A stretch of 64,000 bases of DNA from the human T2T-CHM13v2.0 reference genome, Homo sapiens, in NCBI RefSeq assembly GCF_009914755.1, contig NC_060947.1, one strand, 5' to 3'. The notes under the pieces are model-generated. The model was not told the DNA's origin. It worked only from the letters and a program-made list of their open reading frames with translations, and made no database searches. The position numbers and the translations under genes are program-made. Positions 26,530-38,572 of the stretch are shown here, one piece after another (positions within the stretch are counted from its first letter, which is position 1; each line of letters starts with the position of its first letter).

Positions 26530-28838
26530 TGTGTGAGTCTGTTGTCATGCTTCTAATAAAGACATACCTGAGACTGGGTAATTTATAAAGGAAAGGGGTT
26601 TAACAGACTCACAATTCCACATGGCTGGGGAGATTTCACACTCAGGTTGGAAGGCAAAGGAGAAGCAAAGTCATATCTTACATGGTGGCAGGCAAGAAGG
26701 CTTGTGCAGGGGAATTCTCATTTATAAAACCAAAAGATCCCATGAGACTTACTACAATGAGAACAGTATGGGGGCAACCAACCCCATGATTCACTTATCT
26801 CCACCTGGCCCCACCCTTGACACATGGGGGTTATTAAAATTCTAGGTGAGATTTGGGTGGGGACACAGCCAAACCATATTATTCCACCCCTGGCTCCTCC
26901 CAAATTTCATGTTCTCACATTTCAAAATCAATCATACTCTTCCAACAGTCCCCCAAAGTCTTAACTCATTTAAGCATTAACTCAAAAGTCCAGAGCCCAA
27001 AGTCTTGTCTGAGACAAGGCAAGCCCATTCGACCTTTGAGCCTGTAAAATCAAAAGCAAGTTAGTTACTTCCTAAATACAATGGGGGTACAGGCACTGGG
27101 TAAATACATCCATTCCAAATGGGAGAAATTGGCCAAAAGGAAGGAGCTACAAGCCCCATGCAAGTCTGAAATACAATGGGGCAGTCAAATATTAAAGCTC
27201 TGAAATCATCTCCTTTGACTCCATGTCTCACATCCAGGTCATGCTGATGCAAGAGGTGGGTTCGATGGCCTTGGGCAGCTCTCCTCCTTTGGCATTGTGG
27301 GTACATCTCCCTTCCCAGTTGCTTTTATGGGCTGCTGTTGAGTATCTGCAGCTTTTCCAGGCACACAGTGTATGCTGTTGGTGGATCTACCATTCTGAGG
27401 TCTGGAAGATGGTGGCCTTCTTCTCACAGTTCCATGAGCCAATGCCATAGTGGGGAGTCTGTGTAGGGGCTCCCACCCCACATTTCCCTTCTGTACTGCC
27501 CTAGCAGGGGTTCTCCATGAGTGCTCCAACCCTGCAGCAAACTTCTTCCTGGACATCCAGGCATTTCCATACATCCTCTGAAATCTTGGCAGAGGTTTCC
27601 AAACCTCAATTCTTGACTTCTGTGCACCTGCACTCCCAACACCATGTGGAAGCCACCAAGACTTGGGGCTTGCACCCTCTGAAGAAACAGCCCTAACTCT
27701 ACATTGGCTCCTTTTAGTCACAGCTGGGATACAGGGTGCCAAGTTCCAAGACTACATAAAGCAGCTAGGCCTTGGGCCCAACCCACAAAACAATTTTTTC
27801 CTCCTAGATCTCTGGGCCTGTGATGGGACGGGAGGCCATGAAGACCTCTCACATGCCCTGGAGATATTTTCCCCATTGTCTTGGCAATTAACATTTGGCT
27901 CCTCATTACTTATGCAAATTTATGCAGCTGGCTTGAATTTCTCCTCAGAAAATGGGTTTTACTTTTCTATAGCATCACCAGGCTGCAAATTTTTCGAACT
28001 TTTATTCTCTGGTTTCCTGTTAAACGTTAAGTTCCAATTCCAAACCATATCTTTGTGAATGAATAAAACTGAATGCCTTTAACAGCACCCAAGTCACCTC
28101 TTGAATGCTTTGCTGCTTAGAAATTCCTTCTGCCAGATGCCCTAAATAATCTCTCAAGTTTGAAGTTCCACAACTCTCTTGTGCAGGGGCAAAATGCTGC
28201 CAGTCTCTTTGCTAAAACACAGCAAAAGTCACCTTTATTCCAGTTCTCAACAAGTTCTTCATCTCCATCTGAGACCACCTGGATCTGGACTTCATTGTCA
28301 ATATCACTATCAGCATTTTGGTCAAAAGTATTCAACAAGTCTCTAGGAAGTTCCAAACTTTCCCATATCTTCCTGTGCTCTTCACAGCCCTCCAACCTGT
28401 TCCAACATCTGCCTGTTATCCAGTTCCAAAGTTGCTTCCACATTTTTGGGTATCTTTATATCAGTGCCCCACTAGTACAAATTTGCTGTATTAGTCTGCT
28501 AATAAAGACACACTTGAGACTGGGTAATTTATATAGGAAAAAGATTTAATAGACTCACAGTTCTACATGGCTGGGGAGGCTTACAATCATGGCAGAAGGT
28601 GAAAGAGAAGCAATGGAACATCCTACATGGTGGTAGGCAAGAGAGCTTATGCAGGGGAACTTCCATATATAAAACCATCACATCTCATGAGACTTATTCA
28701 CTACCACAAGAACAGTATGGGGAAATTCCACCCCCATGATTTAATTACCTCCCACCTGGTCCCTCTCACAACATGTAGGGATTATGACAACTACAATTCA
28801 AGATGAGATTTGGGTGAGGACACAAACAAATTATACCA
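26530..28838 (-). mobile_element. THE1 (THE1B/C) MaLR provirus: LTR 26530-26881, internal region 26882-28486, LTR 28487-28838
   Basis: Two THE1 LTRs around a ~1.6 kb THE1-int; ORFs 27061..27306(-), 27239..27742(-) and 28117..28443(-) are THE1-int remnants. Confidence 0.95.
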
Positions 28839-28839
28839 A

Positions 28840-31800
28840 TTAACAATCAGGATGAAAAAAGAAGGGTAGTACATAGTGATAAAGCTTTCAGTTCAACAAG
28901 AAGACATAACTATTGTAAATATATATGCACTGAACATTGGAGCACCCAAATTCATAAAGCAAGTACTTCTTGACCTATGAAAAGACTTAAACAGTGACAC
29001 AATAATAGTGGAGGACTTCAACAGTCCACTGACAGGGCTAGACAGATTATCAAGGCAGAAAACTAACAAAGAAATTCTGAATTTAAAATTGACACTTGAA
29101 CAATTGGACCTAATAGGCACCTACAAAATACTCTAGCCAACAACCGCAGAATATGAGTTCTTCTCAACTGCACACAGAACATATTCTAAGATCAACTGCT
29201 TGCTTGGACATAAAACAAGTCTCAATGTATTCAAAAAAAATTAAATCATACCAGGCACACTCTGAAACCACAATGCAATAAAAATAGGAATTAATACCAA
29301 GATTATCTCTCAAAACTACACAGAAACATGGAAATTAAACAACTTGCTTCTGAGTAACTCTTCAGTGAACAATGAAATAAAGGCAACATTTTAAAAATTA
29401 TTTAAAGTTAATGAAAATAGAGACACAACTTACCAAAATCTTTGGGATGCAGCAAAAGTAGTGTTAAAAGGGAAGTTTATAGCACTAAACATCTTCATCA
29501 AGAAGTTAGAAAATTTCAAATTAATGATCTGACATTGCACCCAGAGGAACTAGAAACAAAATACCAACCCCAAACTTAGCATAAGAAAAGAAATATATAA
29601 AATCAGAGAGACAATGAATGAAATTGAGATCCAAAAGTCCATACAAAAGATCCATAAAACCAAGAGTTAGTTCCTTGAAAGAAAGATTGATAGACTGCTA
29701 GCTAGATTAACAAAGCAAAAAAAAAAAAAAAAAGAAGCACAATCAGAAATTACAAAGATGACATTACAATAAATCCCTCAAAAATACAAAAAGAGCTTTA
29801 GAGAGTTTTAGGAACACCTTTACACACACAAATTAGAAAATCTAGAGGAAATGGATAAATTCCTGGAAACATACCACCTCCCAAGATTCAAACAGGAGGA
29901 AAGTGAAAACGTGAACAGACCAATAAAAATTATGCTTGAAAGCAAATCAGTAATACAAATAAAAACCCTACAAACTACCAAGGGCCCTGGGACAGATGGA
30001 TTCACAGCTGAATTCTACCAGATGTCTAAGGAATAACTGATAACATTCTTACTGAAACTAGTTTAAAAAAATCAGGAGAAGGGGCTTCTCCCTAACTCAT
30101 TCTACAAAGCCAGTATCATCCTGGTACTGAAACCTGGCAGAGACAAAACCAAAAAAGAAAAAAACTTCAGGCCAATATCCTTGACGAAAATAGATACAAA
30201 AATCTACAACAAAATACTAGCAAACCAAATCCAGCAGGACATTAAAAAGTTAATTCACTGAGATCAAATAGACTTTATTCCTGGGATGTAAGTCTGGTTA
30301 AACATACACAAATTAATAAATGTGATTCACCACATAAACAGAATCAAAAATAAAGATCATATGATCATCTCAATAGACACAGAAAAAGCCTTTGGTAAAA
30401 TCCAAAATCTTTTCATGATATAAACCCTCAACAGCCTAGGCACTGAAGGACTATAACTCTAAATAATAAGAACTATCTATGACAAACTCATAGCCAACAT
30501 CCTACTGAACTGGCTAAAGCTGGAAACATTCCCCTTATGAACTGGAGCAAAACAAGGATGCTCATTCTTACCAGTCCCATTCAACATTTTAATGGAAGTC
30601 TTCACCAGAGACATTAGGCAAGAGAAAGGAAATAAAAGGCGTTCAAATAAGAAGATAAGTCAAACTATCTCTCTTTGCTGATGATATGATTCTATACATA
30701 GAAAACTCACCTGTATCCCCAAAACGAACCAACCCAAATGTCCAACAATGATACACTGGATTAAGAAAATGTGGCACATATACACCATGGAATACTATGC
30801 AGCCATGAAAAATGATGAGTTCATGTCCTTTGTAGGGACATGGATGAAACTGGAAACCATCATTCTCAGCAAACTATCGCAAGGACAAAAAACCAAACAC
30901 CGCATGTTCTCACTCATAGGTGGGAATTGAACAATGAGAACACATGGACACAGGAAGGGGAACATCACACACCAGGGCCTGTTATGGGGTGGGGGGAGGG
31001 GGGAGGGATAGCATTTGGAGACATACCTAATGCTAAATGACGAGTTAATGGGTGCAGCACACCAACATGGCACATTTATACATATGTAACAAACCTGCAC
31101 ATTGTGCACATGTACCCTAAAACTTAAAGTGTAATAATAATAAAATAAATAAATAAAAATAAAAATAAAAATGGGCAAAGGACATGAACAGACACTTCTC
31201 AAAAGAAGAAATAAAAGCAATCAACTAACATATGAAAAAATGCTCAACATCACTAATCATCAGAGAAATGCAAATCAAAACCACAATGAGATGCCATCTC
31301 ACACCAGTCAGAATAGCGATTATTAAAAAGTTAAAAAAAATACAACAGATGTTAGTGAGGCTGCAGAGAAAAGGGAACACTTATACACTGTTGGTGTGAA
31401 TGAAGACTAATTAGTATTTGTAGAAAGCAGTTTGGAAATTTGTCAAAAAACTTAGAACTATCATTTGACCCGGCAATCCCATTATTGGGTATATATCCAA
31501 AAGAAATCCAATCATTTTACCAAAAGGCACATGCACTCACACATTCATTGCAGCAGCACTATTCACAATAGCAAAGACAAGGAATCAACCTAGGTGACCA
31601 TCAACAGTGGATTGGAAAAAGAGAATGGGGTACATATACAACATGGAATGCTACACAGCTGTAATAAAGAACAAAATCATGTCCTTTGCAGCAACATGGA
31701 TGGAGCTGAAGACCATTATTCTAAGTGAATTAACATAAAAACAGAAACCAAATACTGCGTGTTCTCACTTGTAAACAGGAGCTAAACATCTAATATACAT

Positions 31801-32012
31801 AAACATAGAGATGGAAACAATAGACATTGGGGACTACTAGATGAGGGAGGAGTAGGAAGGCATAAACTGAAAAACCACCTATTGGATATTATGCTCACTA
31901 TCTGGGTGATGGAATTATTTGTACCCCAAACCTCAGCATCACTCAATATACCCGTATAACAAACCTACATATGTACCCTTTAATCTACAATAGAAGTTGA
32001 AATTATAAAAAA
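28840..32012 (+). mobile_element. 5'-truncated L1PA15/16-like element, interrupted by a younger L1
   Basis: ORF2 EN/RT motifs ([25 protein letters not shown], 'tttgctgatgatatg'); 3'UTR ends 'aagttgaaattataaaaaa'. Confidence 0.9.
30726..31170 (+). mobile_element. Young 5'-truncated L1PA (L1PA3-like) with A tail
   Basis: WIKKMWHIYTMEYYAAMKNDEFMSFVGTWMKLETIILSKLSQGQKTKHRMFSLIGGN is the ORF2 C-terminus; 'cctaatgctaaatgacgagttaatggg'. Confidence 0.95.
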
Positions 32013-32019
32013 GTATCAT

Positions 32020-33230
32020 TTCCTATAAAGTCTTCCATAACATTGAAAAGGAAGAAATACTTTCCAACTCATTTTTTAAGGCTAGCATTGCCCAAACAAT
32101 AAAATAAATAAAGACATAACAATAACTGAAAACTACAACCAATACCCCCTTGTGAATTCAGAAGCAGAAATAGTGAATGAATATCAGCAAATTTATCTAA
32201 AAGTTTATAAACTCCTGTAGAGTTTATATCAAGAATGCAAGCCTGATGGAACATTTAAAAATCAATCAGTGTAGGTTACAATAAAAAGGAAAATATATGA
32301 TTGCATAAATAGATACAGAAAATTCATTTGACAAAATTCAACATCATTCATGAAAAAATAAAAATATAATGCTCTCAAAAACCTAAGAATAGCTGGTGGT
32401 AGTCAGAATGATGTTAACCTAAGTGACTTTGGAAATGAGTGGCGATTATAAGCTAAAGATAAATGTAAATGTATATAAGCACCATACTCTAGTTAATATT
32501 AAAGATTAACAATTCTAAAACCACTGTACGCATATATTGGGATTGAAAAAATATGTAAATGGATTGTGGGAGCCAGCTTTCCACATCATGACATGGGAGG
32601 TTACATATAACTAAGGATAGAAAGCTAGAATAAGTTATGTGATAGTGAATAAGAATCAGACATTAGCATGAACTCATGTGATACAGTTTGGCTGTGTCCC
32701 CACCCAAATCTCATCTTGAATTGTACTTCCCATAAGCCCCACATGTTGAGGGAGGGACCCGGTGAGAGGTAATTGAATCATGGGAGCAGTTACCCCCATG
32801 CTGTTCTTGTGATAGTGAGTGAGTTCTCATGAGATCTGATGGTTTTACAAGGAGCTTTTCCTCCTTTGCTTGGCAAATCTCTCTCCTGCTGCCATGTGAA
32901 GAATGGTATGTTTGTTTCCCTTTCTGCCATGATTGTAAGTTTCCTGAGGCCTCTCCAGCCATGCGAAACTGTGAATCAATTAAACCTTTTTCCTTTATAA
33001 ATTACCCAGTCTTAGGTATGTCCTTATAGAAGCAGGAGAATGAACTAATACATTATGTTTAGCTTAATATAGATACGCATGTATATTTATCTTTATATAC
33101 ATATATGTGTGTGTATATATATATTTATGCATAGATGTATGTGTGTGTATGTGTGCGTGTTTACACGTTAGTATTCATTCAAATATTTCCTAGCCTGTCA
33201 ACTGAGAGAGACTAGGAACAATTAAATCCA
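32020..33230 (+). mobile_element. Old L1M ORF2 fragment and L1MD-type 3'UTR, split by THE1D
   Basis: 'aagtgactttggaaa', 'gaactcatg|tttagcttaatatagatac'. Confidence 0.65.
32679..33052 (+). mobile_element. THE1D-like solo LTR
   Basis: TGATA...TAATACA termini; TSD TCATG/TTATG. Confidence 0.93.
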
Positions 33231-33358
33231 ATGTATTTGAAATGAATCATGTGACTAGTCATCTTTTTAAACCAAATTTGCAATATCTTTCATTAGGCAG
33301 TAAGTTGTCTGATTAATATCTGTAATCAGTTTAGTGAGAGATCTCAACTCATTAGCAT

Positions 33359-33429
33359 ACTATCTCATAGGTATACCCCAAATTTATACTAATTTTGGGT
33401 ATAAATTTGGGGCACACCTATAAGATAGT
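33359..33429. repeat. Isolated hairpin with 31-bp arms and a 9-nt loop
   Basis: actatctcataggtataccccaaatttatac / gtataaatttggggcacacctataagatagt, 28 of 31 positions complementary. Confidence 0.9.
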
Positions 33430-34254
33430 TTTATTTTTTTTCCAAGAAGTATGATAAGCTGTTTTCAGTTCAATTCCTGCTTTCTTTCTAGGTACTGATG
33501 TTCCTTCACATCTCAGTTAAATTTTATATTTTTTCACTCATTTTTAGATAAGAAAGTAGTTCTCATTTTGGTTCTTTAGTCTTGTGTTATTGATACTAAT
33601 ATCTAATCCACTCTTTATTTCCAAGTCCTTCTACTTTTTGCACACTGCCACCCTCCCACTTACCCCAAGATAATGGATAATGCCAGGAGGGAATGGAGAG
33701 ATCTTATCTTTTCCAAATCCCCTCTCATTTCCTGATATTGCTTTTCAGTACTGGAGTAGAGAATAGGGATTTTTTTTTAATAATGCAGTCCTCTGAGGTA
33801 CCTGCTCTAACAAGGTAGCCATCATAGGCTTACTCAACAAAAATGTCACTGTAGCTTGTTGTCAAAAGTTTGATACAGGCTGGAAACTGGCATCTCACAA
33901 TGAGAATTGTTCTCTTGTGAAATCTAGTTAAATTTGGCAACGTTGTTCAGTGTTTCTCTGATATATGCACCTTTGCTCCATACTGTAATATTTCCTCCAA
34001 GCCTACAGGCCCCAAACTCATCTTATCCTGTGTGATTCCTGTTTCAGAGATAGTAACAAGTTTAGGTTTCATCCTCCAAACCTTTCAAAAATGGGTAACT
34101 TGAGGCTGTGTCCCTTCACATTTTTCCTCATGACTGTCCCTCATGCCATCTCTCTAATGCTATTTCCTCTTTTGATAATGCTGTATGGTTCATCAAATCT
34201 ACAGGCTGTGGAGACATTCAACTGGGAATTGGAATGTTTGCCTCCCCTTTTTTC

Positions 34255-35789
34255 TTTTTCTTTCTTTCTTTTTCTTTTTTTTTTTTCTGTGAGCAACAAG
34301 GCTGTTTATTTTACCTGGGTGCAGGTGGGCTGAGTCCGAAAAGAGACTCAGTGAAGGGAGATAGGGCTGGGGCCCTTTTATGGGATTTGGGTAGGTAAAG
34401 GAAAATTACAGTCAAAGGGGATTATTCTCTGGCCAGCAGGGGTGGGGGTCACAAGGTGCTCATTGGGGGAGCTTTTGAGCCAGGATGAGCCAGGAAAAGG
34501 AATTTCACAAGGTAACGTCATCAGTTAAGGCAGGAACAGGCCATCTGGATGTGTATGTGCAGGTCACAGGGAATATGATGGCTTAGCTTTGGCTTAGACG
34601 CCTGACATTCCTGTCTTCTTATATTAATAAGAAAAATAAAACAAAATAGTGTTGAAGTTTTGGGGCGGTGAAAATTTTTGGGGTTGGTGTGGAGAGATAA
34701 TGGGCGATGTTTCTCAGGGCTGCTTCAAGCGGGATTAGGGGCAGTGTGGGAACCTAGAGTGGGAGAGATTAAGCTGAAGGAAGATTTTGTGGTAAGGGCT
34801 GATATTGTGGGGTTGTTAGAAGAAACATTTGTCATATAGAATTATTGGTGTGGCCTGGATATGGTTTTGTGTGAATTGAAAAACTAAACAGAATAAGACA
34901 AGGAGAAAAACAGGTATTAAAGGACTAAGAATTGGGAGGACCTAGGACATCTAACTAGAGAGTGCCTAAGGAGGTTCAGCATAGCTCTGCCAGCAAAGAT
35001 TATTTATTTACTTTAAGAGGGAGTTAAGAGTGGCGGTTTGGGGATAGCACCAGGAGATATCAGCTGTGATGGCTTGGAGAAACAGTGAAAACCGGCAGTG
35101 CAAACAAGAGCAGGGCATTTATAAGTAGTTGAGAATAGTGAATAGGAGTATGACTAGACAGCAGATAGTAGGGATGACAAGTTTTTTGGGGCACAGTCCA
35201 AGTTGGTCTGGTGTCTGGAATGAGGCTGGGGCCTAATAACAAGGAGCGTCTATACAGGAGCTTAAATGGGCTGTACCTTGTAGCATTCCGAGGACAGGCC
35301 TTAATTATGAGAAGGGCAAGTGGTAAAAGTACTGTCCAGTCCTTTTTAAGTTGGTGACTGAGTTGATGAGGTATGTTTTTAAAAGACCATTAGTTCACTG
35401 AATACTAAGAGCCTGAGAAACTGCTTGGGTGATTTGACTAATAAAGGCCGGTCCGTTATCGGACTGTATAGAGGTGGGAAGGCCAAACCGAGGAATTATG
35501 TCTGACAGAAAGGAAGAAATGACCGTGGTGGCCTTCTTAGACTTTGTGGGAAAGGCCTCCACCTATCCAGTGAAAGTATCTACCTAGACCAAGAGGTATT
35601 TTAGTTTCCTGACTTGGGGCATGTTGAGTAAAGCCAATTTGCCAGTCCTGGGTGGGGGCAAATCCTCAAGCTTGATGTGTAGGGAAGGGAGGGGGCCTGA
35701 ATAACCCCTGAGGAGTAGTAGAATAGCAGATGGAACACTGAGAAGTGATTAAACAACTTGACCTTACTGTTTTGCCTAGCCTTCAAGTC
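34255..35789 (-). pseudogene. Processed (polyadenylated, 5'-truncated) HERV-H copy: A tail, U3-R of LTR7 (34288-34607), PPT, env/pol remnants
   Basis: LTR7 motifs (TGTCAGGC start on the minus strand, AATAAA at 34305-34310), no U5, T-tract up to 34286, PPT 34608-34620, TSD 34239-34254 / 35790-35805. Confidence 0.9.
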
Positions 35790-35884
35790 TGCCTTCCCTT
35801 TTTTCAAGCACCGCATTTCATGAGTGATTTTCTCTCTCGGCTTCTGAGAGAAAAATCATATAAGAGCTGACTCCTGTTGTCTAC

Positions 35885-36244
35885 TGATATGGTTTGGCTC
35901 TGTGTCCCCACCCAAATCTCATCTTGTAGCTCACATAATTCCCACGTGTTGTGAGAGGGACCTGGTGGGAGATAATTGAATCATGGAGGCAGGTCTTTCC
36001 TGTGCTCTTCTCATGATAGTGAATGTCTCATGACATCTGATGGCTTTGAAAATGGGAGTTTGCCTGCACAAGCTCTCTCTTTGCCTGCTGCCATTCACAT
36101 AAGATGTGACTTGCCCCTCCTTGCCTTCTGCCATGATTATGAGGCTTCCCCAGCCACATGGAATAAGTCCAATTAGACTCTTTCTTTTGTAAATTGTCCA
36201 GTCTTGAATTGTCTTTATCAGCAGCGTGAAAATACAGTAATACA
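35885..36244 (+). mobile_element. THE1B-like solo LTR
   Basis: 'tgatatggtttggctctgtgtccccaccc...taataca'; TSD TCTAC/TCTAT. Confidence 0.93.
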
Positions 36245-38100
36245 TCTATTATGCATCATTTTGCCTCGACAAATGCTATTTTATGGATTTTCATGGTAGA
36301 GGATTGAGGGCAGCAGGAGAATACAGTGGAGTCAATGAAAACACTTCTATGTAAATTTAAATTTAGTAAATTCAACATTTAGATATGGTCTTGCCAGAAA
36401 GCAGAGACATAAAGGTACTCCACAGTGTTTAGAAAGGTGTAACAAAGTCTGAAAGAGCAAAGCAAACCTTTCTCAGAAAAAAGTGTCTTTTAAACATTTT
36501 AGTGTTCAATATATTTTAAAGATGCCCTATCATGAAATCCAATCTATTTTTACAGATGTAGAACCTTGATGGTTCCAGCATCTTCTGAAGAGCTTTTCCC
36601 CTACTCCATTGCATACCGTTTTTAGTATTTAGATCTCTATCTGCCCTGAAAAACTGTGCACTCTAAAATAATGTAAAATAACTTCTATTTCTGTATATTC
36701 AGCTGCAAACACAAGGTCAAAACATTTGTGGTTCTTATGAAACATTTGTTAAATAAATGTTTTAAAATTCCATATTAAATCTTCAGTAATAGGGGTTAGC
36801 TTTATATCATCTTCTTTATCCCTTTAGTTACAATCCTGTATGCACACCATGATTAACTCTTAGGTTAGGAGTTAGGATATTTAAAATACAAAATGCTTTT
36901 TAAGTATAAAATGGAAAGCATTATTGATCAATATAATTAACATTTATAGATTTTTATTAAGTAATGAGCACTGTTGACCAGGCATTTCAAGAAGACTCTC
37001 AGATTAGAATCACAATCATATAGATATAGAACAGTCACATTAGTGGTAAATATAAAGTATTTAATATGTTTTTCATCCTACAAAAATAAGCAACATAGAG
37101 CAAGTATTTAATTACACTGCTTTCTATAGTTCAATTAGAATTTTAGCATAATGCAGCATCTATTTTTGAATTTCAACCTAATAAACCAAACTTTAATTTC
37201 ATTACCTCAGCATATTTTTCCTCAGGTTCTGCATATATCTCTCCTTAATTTTTAAATCCGAATATTGATTTAAATGTTAAAATCATGCACATATATTTAT
37301 AAACAGTGTGGTACATTAATCTTTCCATTATCATGATTTCCACAGGACTAGGGACTCCAGAATGACTGAGAAGGTACATGTCTCAATGAGTAATGAACCA
37401 TGGTTACATATGAAGTTATGTAGCTTTCCCTGAAGTGTCATAAGATTCCATTAAAACATCATTAAAGCATTATATTATGTTACCCTTCCAAAGACAATGT
37501 AGGCAATGTTACATTAACTTATGGTTAACTTTAACAAATAGAAAAGGTCAGAAAAGACCATTAATGGAGCCATTATGGTCATGGCTCCAAATGTTGTCAT
37601 GTGAGACATCAGTTATTTCAAATCATCAATGGCTTTATATACATATATATATATATGTATATAAATTAAGGCATCTCATTACATAAAGAGAAAAGACAAA
37701 GAATGACCTTTTGCTTTCTGTAACAATTTACTGGGAGTATTATTACTGTAATGATACATTTTATTGAGTTGCACTTACATCTTTTACAAAGTGCTTTTAT
37801 CTATTTCTGGTTTCCTTATAACAACCTCATAAGAACTCTAATGCAGATTTATCACATAATCAATAAGAATCTAATGAGTATCTGCTGTGTATCCAGCATT
37901 GTGCTAGGTATTCTGAATGTTATCAAGAAGTATAAATATAACTCTACAATTCATAATAACAGAAGACAGTCATTTAAGTGATGTTTTGTAACCAGTAGCC
38001 CATTTTCAACTACACCTAGGTTTAACTATGACCCAGTTGGGACCACTTTTGCTTCTGGACTATAAGAGCAAACCATCTTTCATGTAAGTTTCTAAACTGT

Positions 38101-38572
38101 TGTAGGGGAGGCAAACTTTTACATCTACTCTCATAGGTTCCCCCAGCTGGGCCTAAGAAATTAACATAAGACAGATTAGCAGGAGAAAGCAAACCAATTT
38201 AATACAAAAGTCGTCATAAGTAAATAAAAATGCAAAGAAGTGGCACCAAATGCCTTTATATTAGGTTGAACAAAGAGAGACAATTCCGAAAAGGCAATTA
38301 AATTATGTGCTGAGGCCAAAGGAAGATAATAATTATTTTAACAAGTCCTGTTTGTACAGAATTGTCTAGGCTATGAGTCCCCATTGATGAATGCTTCATT
38401 TTTCCTAATACAGGGAGGGCATCTTTCATATGGGAATTTTTATCTCCTGTTTTCAGGAAGTAAATGGGAGAGCAGAAAGACCTTGCATCTGCTATTTTTC
38501 AAGTATCTTCAGCTCAGAATAAACCTTATACCAAGTTTTATATATTGGCATGGCATATTCTGCCACCCCTCA
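38101..38572 (-). mobile_element. ERV1-class solo LTR (MER31/MER34/MER67 group)
   Basis: TG...CA termini, 4-bp TSD CTGT (38097-38100, 38573-38576), 'ggcatattctgccacccctca' terminus. Confidence 0.8.

Noticed and set aside
27061-28549. Cluster of longer overlapping ORFs (up to 167 aa)
   Set aside because: They lie within THE1-int and are frameshifted remnants or antisense readings of the MaLR ORF.
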